Of a stretch of DNA of 64,000 bases, positions 44,001 to 57,100 are shown piece after piece. The position numbers and the translations under genes were made by a program. Positions within the stretch are counted from its first letter, which is position 1; every line of letters begins with the position of its first letter. The notes beneath the pieces were generated by a model. It did no database searches and had not been told where the DNA came from. It saw only the letters and a list, made by a program, of their open reading frames with translations. Origin of the DNA: the human T2T-CHM13v2.0 reference genome, Homo sapiens; the NCBI RefSeq assembly GCF_009914755.1, contig NC_060925.1, one strand, 5' to 3'.

Positions 44001-45742
44001 TCGAATGGTCTCGAATGGAACCATCTTCTAATGGAAAGGAATGGAATCATCGCATAGAATCGAATGGAATTGTCATCGAATGGAATCGAATGGTATCAAC
44101 ACCAAACGGAAAAAAACGGAATTATCGAATGGAATCGAAGAGAATCTTCGAACGGACCCGAATGGAATCATCTAATGGAATGGAATGGAATAATCCATGG
44201 ACTCGAATGCAATCATCATCGAATGGAATCGAATGGAATCATCGAATGGACTCGAATGGAATAATCATTGAACGGAATCGAATGGAATCATCATCGGATG
44301 GAAACGAATGGAATCATCATCGGATGGGAATGAAAGGAGTCATCATCTAATGGAATTGCATGGAATCATCATAAAATGGAATCGAATGGAATCAACATCA
44401 AATGGAATCAAATGGAATCATTGAACGGAATTGAATGGAATCGTCATCGAATGAATTGAATGCAATCATCGAATGGTCTCGAATGGAATCATCTTCAAAT
44501 GGAATGGAATGGAATCATTGCATAGAATCGAATGGAATTATCATCGAATGGAATCGAATGGTATCAACATCAAACGGAAAAAAACGGAATTATCGAATGG
44601 AATCGAAGAGAATCTTCGAACGTACCCGAATGGAATCATCTAATGGAGTGGAATGGAATATTCCATGGACTCGAATGCAATCATCATCGAATGGAATCGA
44701 ATGGAATCATCGAATGGTCTCGAATGGAATAATCATTGAACGGAATCGAATGGAATCATCATCGGATGGATATGAATGGAATGATCATCGAATGGAATCG
44801 AATAGAATTATGGAATGAAATCCAGTGTGATCATCATCGAATGGACCCGAATGGAATCATCATCCAACGGAAGCTAATGGAATCAACATCGAATGAATCG
44901 AATGGAAACACCATCGAATTGAAACGAATGGAATTATCATGAAATTGAAATGGATGGACCCATCATCGAATGGATTCGAATGGAATCATCGAATAAAATT
45001 GATTGAAATCATCATCAAATGGAATCGAATGGTGTCATTGAATGGGATCGAATGGAATCATCGTCAGATGGAAATGAATGGAATCGTCATAGAATGGAAT
45101 CGAATGGATTCATTGAATGGAATCAGATGGAATCATCGAATGGACTGGAATGGAATCATTGAATGGACTCGAATGGAATCATTATTGAATGGAATTGAAT
45201 GGAATCATCGAATGGTCTCGATTGGAATCATTATCACATGGAATCGAATGGAATCACCGAATAGAATCGAATGGAACAATCATCGAATTGACTCAAATGG
45301 AATTATCCTCAAATGGAATCGAATGGAATTATCGAATGCAATCGAATGGAATTATCGAATGCAATCGAATAGAATCATCGAATGGACTCGAATGGAATCA
45401 TCGAATGGAATGGAATGGAACAGTCAATGAACTCGAATGGAATCATCATTGAATGGAATCGAATGGAATCATCGAGTGGAATCGAATGGAATTATGATCA
45501 AATGGAATCGAATGTAATCCTCATCAAATGGAATCAAAAATAACCATCATCAATTGGTATTGAATGGAATTGTTATCAAATGGAATTCAAAGAAATCATC
45601 ATCAAATGGAACTGAATGGAATCCTCATTGAATGGAAATGAAAGGGGTCATCATCTAATGGAATAGCATGGAATAATCATCAAATGGAATCGAATGAAAT
45701 CATCATCAAATTGAATCTAATGGAAACATTGAACAGAATTGA
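32096..45742 (+). repeat. Mostly canonical 1776-bp units plus two 2218-bp variants (A + 442-bp A' + B)
   Basis: Unit starts: 32426/32894, 34203/34671, 35979/36447/36889, 38197/38665, 39973/40441, 41749/42217/42659, 43967/44435. Confidence 0.85.
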
Positions 45743-48700
45743 ATGGAATCGTCATCGAATGAATTGAATGCAATCATCGAATGGTCTCGAATGGAATCAT
45801 CTTCTAATGGAAAGGAATGGAATCATCGCATAGAATCGAATGGAATTAACATTGAATGGAATCGAATGGAATCAACATCAAATGGAATCAAGGGGAATTA
45901 TCGAACGAAATCGAAGAGAATCATCGAATGGACTCGAATGGAATCATCTAATGGAATGGAATGGAATAATCCACGGACTCGAATGCAATCATCATCGTAT
46001 AGAATCGAATGGAATCATCGAATGGACTCGAATGGAATAACCATTGAACGGAATCGAATGGAATCATCATCGGATGGAAACGAATGGAATCATCATCGAA
46101 TGGAAATGAAAGGAGTCATCATCTAATGGAATTGCATGGAATCATCATAAAATGGAATCGAATGGAATCAACATCAAATGGAATCAAATGGAATCATTGA
46201 ACGGAATTGAATGGAATCGTCATCGAATGAATTGAATGCAATCATCGAATGGTCTCGAATGGAATCATCTTCAAATGGAATGGAATGGAATCATCGCATA
46301 GAATCGAATGGAATTATCATCGAATGGAATCGAATGGAATCAACATCAAACGGAAAAAAACGGAATTATCGAATGGAATCGAAGAGAATCATCGAATGGA
46401 CCCGAATGAAATCATCTAATGGAATGGAATGGAATAATCCATGGACTCGAATGCAATCATCATCGAATGGAATCGAATGGAATCATCGAATGGACTCGAA
46501 TGGAATAATCATTGAACGGAATCGAATGGAATCATCATCGGATGGAAACGAATGGAATCATCATCGAATGGAAATGAAAGGAGTCATCATCTAATGGAAT
46601 TGCATGGAATCATCATAAAATGGAATCGAATGGAATCAACATCAAATGGAATCAAATGGAATCATTGAACGGAATTGAATGGAATCGTCATCGAATGAAT
46701 TGAATGCAATCATCGAATGGTCTCGAATGGAATCATCTTCAAATGGAATGGAATGGAATCATCGCATAGAATCGAATGGAATTATCATCGAATGGAATCG
46801 AATGGAATCAACATCAAACGGAAAAAAACGGAATTATCGAATGGAATCGAAGAGAATCATCGAATGGACCCGAATGGAATCATCTAATGGAATGGAATGG
46901 AATAATCCATGGACTCGAATGCAATCATCATCGAATGGAATCGAATCGAATCATCGAATGGACTCGAATGGAATAATCATTGAACGGAATCGAATGGAAT
47001 CGTCATCGGATGGAAATGAATGGAATCATCATCGAATGGAATCGAATAGAATTATGGAATGAAATCCAGTGTGATCATCATCGAATGGACCCGAATGGAA
47101 TCATCATCCAACGGAAGCTAATGGAATCAACATCGAATGAATCGAATGGAAACACCATCGAATTGAAACGAATGGAATTTCCATGAAATTGAAATGGATG
47201 GACTCATCATCAAATGGATTCGAATGGAATCATCGAATAAAATTGATTGAAATCATCATCGAATGGAATCGAATGGTATCATTGAATGGAATCGAATGGA
47301 ATCATCATCAGATGGAAATGAATGGAATCGTCATAGAATGGAATCGAATGGATTCATTGAATGGAATCAGATGGAATCATCGAATGGACTGGAATGGAAT
47401 CATTGAATGGACTCGAAAGGGATCATGATTGAATGGAATTGAATGGAATCATCGAATGGTCTCGATTGGAATCATTATCAAATGGAATCGAATGGAATCA
47501 CCGAATAGAATCGAATGGAACAATCATCGAATGGACTCAAATGGAATTATCCTCAAATGGAATGGAATGGAATTATCGACTGCAATCGAATGGAATTATC
47601 GAATGCAATCGAATAGAATCATCGAATGGACTCGAATGGAATCATCGAATGGAATGGAATGGAACAGTCAATGAACTCGAATGGAATCATCATTGAATGG
47701 AATCGAATGGAATCATCGAGTGGAATCGAATGGAATTATGATCAAATGGAATCGAATGTAATCATCATCAAATGGAATCAAAAATAACCATCATCAATTG
47801 GTATTGAATGGAATTGTCATCAAATGGAATTCAAAGGAATCATCATCAAATGGAACCGAATGGAATCCTCATTGAATGGAAATGAAAGGGGTCATCATCT
47901 AATGGAATCGCATGGAATCATCATCAAATGGAATCGAAAGGAATCATCATCAAATGGAATCTGATGGAATCATTGAACAGAATTGAATGGAATCGTCATC
48001 GAATGAATTGAATGCACTCATCGAATGGTCTCGAATGGAATCATCTTCTAATGGAAAAGAATGGAATCATCGCATAAAATCGAATGGAATTAACATTGAA
48101 TGGACTCGAATGGAATCAACATCAAACGGAATCAAGCCGAATTATCGAATGGAATCGAAGAGAATCAAAGAATGGACTCGAATGGAATCATCTGATGGAA
48201 TGGAATGGAATAATCCACGGACCCGAATGCAATCATCATCGAATGGAATCGAATGGAATCATCGAATGGACTCGAATGGAATAAACATTGAACGGAATCG
48301 AATGGAATCATCATCGGATGGAAACGAATGGAATCATCATCGAATGGAAATGAAAGGAATCATCATCTACTGGAATTGCATGGAATCATCATCAAATGGA
48401 ATCGAATGGAATCAACATCAAATGGAATCAAATGGAATCATTGAACGGAATTGAATGGAATCGTCATCGAATGAATTGAATGCAATCATCGAATGGTCTC
48501 GAATGGAATCATCTTCAAATGGAATGGAAAGCAATCATCGCATAGAATCGAATGGAATTATCATCGAATGGAATCGAATCGTATCAACATCAAACGGAAA
48601 AAAACGGAATTATCGAATGGAATCGAAGAGAATCTTCGAACGGACCCGAATGGAATCATCTAATGGAATGGAATGGAACAATCCATGGACTGGTAGGCAA

Positions 48701-51700
48701 ACATCATTGAACGGAATCGAATGGAATCATCATCGGATGGACACGACTGGAATCATCATCGAATGGAAATGAAAGGAGTCATCATCTAATGGAATTGCAT
48801 GGAATCATCATAAAATGGAATCAAATGGAATCAACATCAAATGGAATCAAATGGAATCATTGAACGGAATTGAATGGAATCGTCATCGAATGAATTGAAT
48901 GCAATCATCGAATGGTCTCGAATGGAATCATCTTCAAATGGAATGGAATGGAATCATCGCATAAAATCGAATGGAATTATCATCGAATGGAATCGAATGG
49001 AATCAACATCAAACGGAAAAAAACGGAATTATCGAATGGAATCGAATAGAATCATCGAATGGACCCGAATGGAATCATCTAATGGAATGGAATGGAATAA
49101 TCCATGGACTCGAATGCAATCATCATCGAATGGAATCGAATGGAATCATCCAATGGACTCGAATGGAATAATCATTGAACGGAATCGAATGGAATCATCA
49201 TCGGATGGAAATGAATGGAATCATCATCGAATGGAATCGAATAGAATTATGGAATGAAATCCAGTGTGATCATCATCGAATGGACCCGAATTGAATCATC
49301 ATCCAACGGATTCTAATGGAATCAACATCGAATGAATCAAATGGAAACACCATCGAATTGAAACGAATGGAATTACAATGAAATTGAAATGGATGGACTC
49401 ATCATCGAATGGATTCGAATGGAATCATCGAATAAAATTGATTGAAATCATCATCGAATGGAATCGAATGGTATCATTGAATGGAATCGAATGGAATCAT
49501 CCTCAGATGGAAATGAATGGAATCGTCATAGAATGGAATCGAATGGATTCATTGAATGGAATCAGATGGAATCATCGAATGGACTGGAAAGGAATCATTG
49601 AATGGACTCGAAAGAGATCATTATTGAATTGAATTGAATGGAATCATCGAATGGTCTCGATTGGAATCATTATCAAATGGAATCGAATGGAATCACCGAA
49701 TAGAATCGAATGGAACAATCATCGAAAGGACTCAAATTGAATTATCCTCAAATGGAATCGAATGGAATTATCGAATGCAATCGAATGGAAATATCGAATG
49801 CAATCGAATAGAATCATCGAAGGGACTCGAATGGAATCATCGAATGGAATGGAATGGAACAGTCAATGAAGTCGAATGGAATCATCATTGAATGGAATCG
49901 AATGGAATCATCGAGTGGAATCGAATGGAATTATGATCAAATGGAATCGAATGTAATCATCATCAAATGGAATCAAAAATAACCATCATCAATTGGTATT
50001 GAATGGAATTGTCATCAAATGAAATTCAAAGGAATCATCATCAAATGGAACCGAATGGAATCCTCATTGAATGGAAATGAAAGGGGTCATCATCTAATGG
50101 AATCGCATGGAATCATCATCAAATGGAATCGAATGGAATCATCATCAAATGGAATCTAATGGAATCATTGAACAGAATTGAATGGAATCGTCATCGAATG
50201 AATTGAATGCAATCATCGAATGGTCTCGAATGGAATCATCTTCTAATGGAAAGGAACGGAATCATCTCATAGAATCGAATGGAATTATCATCGAATGGAA
50301 TCGAATGGTATCAACACCAAACGGAAAAAAACGGAATTATCGAATGGAATCGAAGAGAATCTTCGAACGGACCCGAATGGAATCATCTAATGGAATGGAA
50401 TGGAATAATCCATGGACTCGAATGCAATCATCATCGAATGGAATCGAATGGAATCATCGAATAGGCTCGAATGGAATAATCATTGAACGGAATCGAATGG
50501 AATCATCATCGGATGGAAACGAATGGAATCATCATCGAATGGAAATGAAAGCAGTCATCATCTAATGGAATTGCATGGAATCATCATAAAATGGAATCGA
50601 ATGGAATCAACATCAAATGGAATCAAATGGAATCATTGAACGGAATTGAATGGAATCGTCATCGAATGAATTGAATGCAATCATCGAATGGACTCGAATG
50701 GAATCATCTTCAAATGGAAGGGAATGGAATCATCGCATAGAATCGAATGGAATTATCATCGAATGGAATCGAATGGAATCAACATCAAACGGAAAAAAAC
50801 GGAATTATCGAATGGAATCGAAGAGAATCATCGAATGGACCCGAATGGAATCATCTAATGGTATGGAATGGAATAATCCATGGACTCGAATGCAATCATC
50901 ATCGAATGGAATCGAATGGAATCATCGAATGGACTCGAATGGAATAATCATTGAACGGAATCGAATGGAATTATCATCGGATGGAAATGAAAGGAGTCAT
51001 CATCTAATGGAATTGCATGGAATCATCATAAAATGGAATCGAATGGAATCAACATCAAATGGAATCAAATGGAATCATTGAACGGAATTGAATGGAATCA
51101 TCATCGAATGAATTGAATGCAATCATCGAATGGTCTCGAATGGAATCATCTTCAAATGGAATGGAATGGAATCATCGCATAGAATCGAATGGAATTATCA
51201 TCGAATGGAATCGAATGGAATCAACATCAAACGGAAAAAAACGGAATTATCGAATGGAATCGAAGAGAATCATCGAATGGACCCGAATGGAATCATCTAA
51301 TGGAATGGAATGGAATAATCCATGGACTCGAAAGCAATCATCATCGAATGGAATCGAATGGAATCATCGAATGGACTCGAATGGAATAATCATTGAACGG
51401 AATCGAATGGAATCATCATCGGATGGAAACGAATGGAATCATCATCGAATGGAAATGAAAGGAGTCATCATCTAATGGAATTGCATGGAATCATCATAAA
51501 ATGGAATCGAATGGAATCAACATCAAATGGAATCAAATGGAATCATTGAACGGAATTGAATGGAATCGTCATCGAATGAATTGAATGCAATCATCGAATG
51601 GTCTCGAATGGAATCATCTTCAAATGGAATGGAATGGAATCATCGCATAGAATCGAATGGAATTATCATCGAATGGAATCGAATGGAATCAACATCAAAC

Positions 51701-54700
51701 GGAAAAAAACGGAATTATCGAATGGAATCGAAGAGAATCATCGAATGGACCCGAATGGAATCATCTAATGGAATGGAATGGAATAATCCATGGACTCGAA
51801 TGGAATCATCATCGAATGGAATCGAATGGAATCATCGAATGGACTCGAATGGAATAATCATTGAACGGAATCGAATGGAATCGTCATCGGATGGAAATGA
51901 ATGGAATCATCATCGAATGGAATCGAATAGAATTATGGAATGAAATCCAGTGTGATCATCATCGAATGGACCCGAATGGAATCATCATCCAACGGAAGCT
52001 AATGGAATCAACATCGAATGAATCGAATGGAAACACCATCGAATTGAAACGAATGGAATTACCATGAAATTGAAATGGATGGACTCATCATCGAATGGAT
52101 TCGAATGGAATCATCGAATAAAATTGATTGAAATCATCATCGAATGGAATCGAATGGTATCATTGAATGGAATCGAATGGAATCATCATCAGATGGAAAT
52201 GAATGGAATCGTCATAGAATGGAATCGAATGGATTCATTGAATAGAATCAGATGGAATCATCGAATGGACTGGAATGGAATCATTGAATGGACTCGAAAG
52301 GGATCATTATTGAATGGAATTGAATGGAATCATCGAATGGTCTCGATTGGAATCATTATCAAATGGAATCGAATGGAATCACCGAATAGAATCGAATGGA
52401 ACAATCATCGAATGGATTCAAATGGAATTATCCTCAAATGGAATGGAATGGAATTATCGAATGCAATCGAATGGAATTATCGAATGCAATCGAATAGAAT
52501 CATCGAATGGACTCGAACGGAATCATCGAATGGAATGGAATGGAACAGTCAATGAACTCGAATGGAATCATCATTGAATGGAATCGAATCGAATCATCGA
52601 GTGGAATCGAATGGAATTATGATCAAATGGAATCGAATGTAATCATCATCAAATGGAATCAAAAATAAACATCATCAATTGGTATTGAATGGAATTCTCA
52701 TCAAATGGAATTCAAAGGAATCATCATCACATGGAACTGAATGGAATCCTCATTGAATGGAAATGAAAGGGGTCATCATCTAATGGAATCGCATGGAATC
52801 ATCATCAAATGGAATCGAATGGAATCATCATCAAATGGAATCTGATGGAATCATTGAACAGAATTGAATGGAATCGTCATCGAATGAATTGAATGCAATC
52901 ATCGAATGGTCTCGAATGGAATCATCCTCTAATGGAAAGGAATGGAATCATCGCATAGAATCGAATGGAATTAACATTGAATGGACTCGAATGGAATCAA
53001 CATCAAATGGAATCAAGCGGAATTATCGAATGAAATCGAAGAGAATCATCGAATGGACTCGAATGGAATCATCTAATGGAATGGAATGGAATAATCCACG
53101 GACTCGAATGCAATCATCATCGTATAGAATCGAATGGAATCATCGAAAGGACTCGAATGGAATAACCATTGAACGGAATCGAATGGAATCATCATCGGAT
53201 GGAAACGAATGGAATCATCATCGAATGGAAATGAAAGGAGTCATCATCTAATGGAATTGCATGGAATCATCATCAAATGGAATCGAATGGAATCATCATC
53301 AAATGGAATCAAATGGAATCATTGAACGGAATTGAATGGAATCGTCATCGAATGAATTGAATGCAATCATCGAATGGTCTCGAATGGAATCATCTTCTAA
53401 TGGAATGGAATGGAATCATCGCATAGAATCGAATGGAATTATCATCCAATGGAATCGAATGGTATCAACATCAAACGGAAAAAAACGGAATTATCGAATG
53501 GAACCAAAGAGAATCTTCGAACGGACCCGAATGGAATCATCTAATGGAATGGAATGGAATAATCCATGGACTCGAATGCAATCATCATCGAATGGAATCG
53601 AATGGAAACATTGAAAGGACTCGTATGGAATAATCATTGAACGGAATCGAATGGAATCATCATCGGATGGAAATGAATGGAATCATCATCGAATGGAATC
53701 GAATAGAATTATGGAATGAAATCCAGTGTGATCATCATCGAATGGACCCGAATGGAATCATCATCCAACGGAAGCTAATGGAATCAACATACAATGAATC
53801 GAATGGAAACACCATCGAATTGAAACGAATGGAATTACCATGAAATTGAAATGGATGGAGTCATCATCGAATGGATTCCAATGGAATCATCGAATAAAAT
53901 TGATTGAAATCATCATCGAATGGAATCGAATGGTATCATTGAATGGAATCGAATGGAATCATCATCAGATGGAAATGAATGGAATCGTCATAGAATGGAA
54001 TCGAATGGATTCATTGAATGGAATCAGATGGAATCATCGAATGGACTGGAATGGAATCATTGAATGGACTCGAAAGGGATCATTATTGAATGGAATTGAA
54101 TGGAATCATCGAATGGTCTCGATTGGAATCATTATCAAATGGAATCGAATGGAATCACCGAATAGAATCGAATGGAACAATCATCGAATGGACTCAAATG
54201 GAATTATCCTCAAATAGAATCGAATGGAATTATCGAATGCAATCGAATGGAATTAACGAATGCAATCGAATAGAATCATCGAATGGACTCGAATGGAATC
54301 ATCGAATGGAATGGAATGGAACAGTCAATAAACTCGAATGGAATCATCATTGAATGGAATCGAATGGAATCATCGAGTGGAATCGAATGGAATTATGATC
54401 AAATGGAATCGAATGTAATCATCATCAAATGGAATCAAAAATAACCATCATCAATTGGTATTGAATGGAATTGTCATCAAATGGAATTCAAAGGAATCAT
54501 CATCAAATGGAAACGAATGGAATCCTCATTGAATGGAAATGAAAGGGGTCATCATCTAATGGAATCGCATGGAATCATCATCAAATGGAAACGAATGGAA
54601 TCATCATCAAATGGAATCTAATGGAATCATTGCAAGAATTGAATGGAATCATCATCGAATGAATTGAATGCAATCATCGAATGGTCTCGAATGGAACCAT

Positions 54701-57100
54701 CTTCTAATGGAAAGGAATGGAATCATCGCATAGAATCGAATGGAATTGTCATCGAATAGAATCGAATGGTATCAACACCAAACGGAAAAAAACGGAATTA
54801 TCGAATGGAATCGAAGAGAATCTTCGAACGGACCCGATGGAATCATCTATTGGAATGGAATGGAATAATCCATGGACTCGAATGCAATCATCATCGAATG
54901 GAATCGAATGGAATCATCGAATGGACTCGAATGGAATAATCATTGAACGGAATCGAATGGAATCATCATCGGATGGAAACGAATGGAATCATCATCGAAT
55001 GGAAATGAAAGGAGTCATCATCTAATGGAATTGCATGGAATCATCATCAAATGGAATCGAATGGAATCAACATCAAATGCAATCAAATGGAATCATTGAA
55101 CGGAATTGAATGGAATCGTCATCGAATGAATTGAATGCAATCATCGAATGGTCTCGAATGGAATCATCTTCAAATGGAATGGAATGGAATCATCGCATAG
55201 AATCGAATGGAATTATCATCGAATGGAATCGAATGGAATCAACATCAAATGGAAACAAAAGGAATTATTGAAAGGAATTAAATGGAATCGTCAACGAATG
55301 AATTGAATGCAATCATCGAACGGTCTCGAATGGAATCATCTTCAAATGGAATGGAATGGAATCATCGCATAGAATCGAATGGAATTATCATCGAATGGAA
55401 TCGAATGAAATCAACATCAAACGGAAAAAAACGGAATTATCGAATGGAATCGAAAAGAATCATCGAATGGTCCCGAATGGAATCATCTAATGGAATGGAA
55501 TGGAATAATCCATGGACTCGAATGCAATCATCATCGAATGGAATCGAATGGAATCATCGAATGGACTCGAATGGAATAATCATTGAACGGAATCGAATGG
55601 AATCATCATCGGATGGAAACGAATGGAATCATCATCGGATGGAAATGAATGGAATCATCATCGAATGGAATCGAATAGAATTATGGAATGAAATCCAGTG
55701 TGATCATCATCGAATGGACCCGAATGGAATCATCATCCAACGGCAGCTAATGGAATCAACATCGAATGAATCGAATGGAAACACCATCGAATTGAAACGA
55801 ATGGAATTATCATGAAATTGAAATGGATGGACTCATCATCGAATGGATTCGAATGGAATCATCGAGTGGAATCGAATGGAATTATGATCAAATGGAATCG
55901 AATGTAATCATCATCAAATGGAATCAAAAATAACCATCATCAATTGGTATTGAATGGAATTCTCATCAAATGGAATTCAAAGGAATCATCATCAAATGGA
56001 ACTGAATGGAATCCTCATTGAATGGAAATGAAAGGGGTCATCATCTAATGGAATCGCATGGAATCATCATCAAATGGAATCGAATGGAATCATCATCAAA
56101 TGGAATCTGATGGAATCATTGAACAGAATTGAATGGAATCGTCATCGAATGAATTGAATGCAATCATCGAATGGTCTCGAATGTAATCACATTCTAATGG
56201 AAAGGAATGGAATCATCGCATAGAATCGAATGGAATTAACATTGAATGGACTCGAATGGAATCAACATCAAACGGAATCAAGCGGAATTATCGAATGGAA
56301 TCGAAGAGAATCATCGAATGGTCTCGAATGGAATCATCTTCTAATGGAAAGGAATGGAATCATCGCATAGAATCGAATGGAATTAACATTGAATGGACTC
56401 GAATGGAATCAACATCAAATGGAATCAAGCGGAATGATCGAATGAAATCGAAGAGAATCATCGAATGGACTCGAATGGAATCATCTAATGGAATGGAATG
56501 GAATAATCCACGGACTCGAATGCAATCATCATCCTATAGAATCATATGGAATCATCGAAAGGACTCGAATGGAATAACCATTGAACGGAATCGAATGGAA
56601 TCATCATCGGATGGAAACGAATGGAATCATCATCGAATGGAAATGAAATGAGTCATCATCTAATGGAATTGCATGGAATCATCATAAAATGGAATCGAAT
56701 GGAATCATCATCAAATGGAATCAAATGGAATCATTGAACGGAATTGAATGGAATCGTCATCGAATGAATTGAATGCAATCATCGAATGGTCTCGAATGGA
56801 ATCATCTTCAAATGGAATGGAATGGAATCATCGCATAGAATCGAATGGAATTATCATCGAATGGAATCGAATGGTATCAACATCAAACGGAAAAAAACGG
56901 AATTATCGAATGGAATCAAAGAGAATCTTCGAACGGACCCGAATGGAATCATCTAATGGAATGGAATGGAATAATCCATGGACTCGAATGCAATCATCAT
57001 CGAATGGAATCGAATGGAATCATTGAAAGGACTCGAATGGAATAATCATTGAACGGAATCGAATGGAATCATCATCGGATGGAAATGAATGGAATCATCA
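45743..57100 (+). repeat. More divergent, heterogeneous HSat2 domain with A* modules, extra short modules and internal rearrangements
   Basis: Module spacings of 468, 442, 419, 172, 851 and 615 bp. Visibly more private substitutions. The A7 motif is absent from modules at 45743, 47987, 52868, 56133 and ~56280. Confidence 0.85.
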
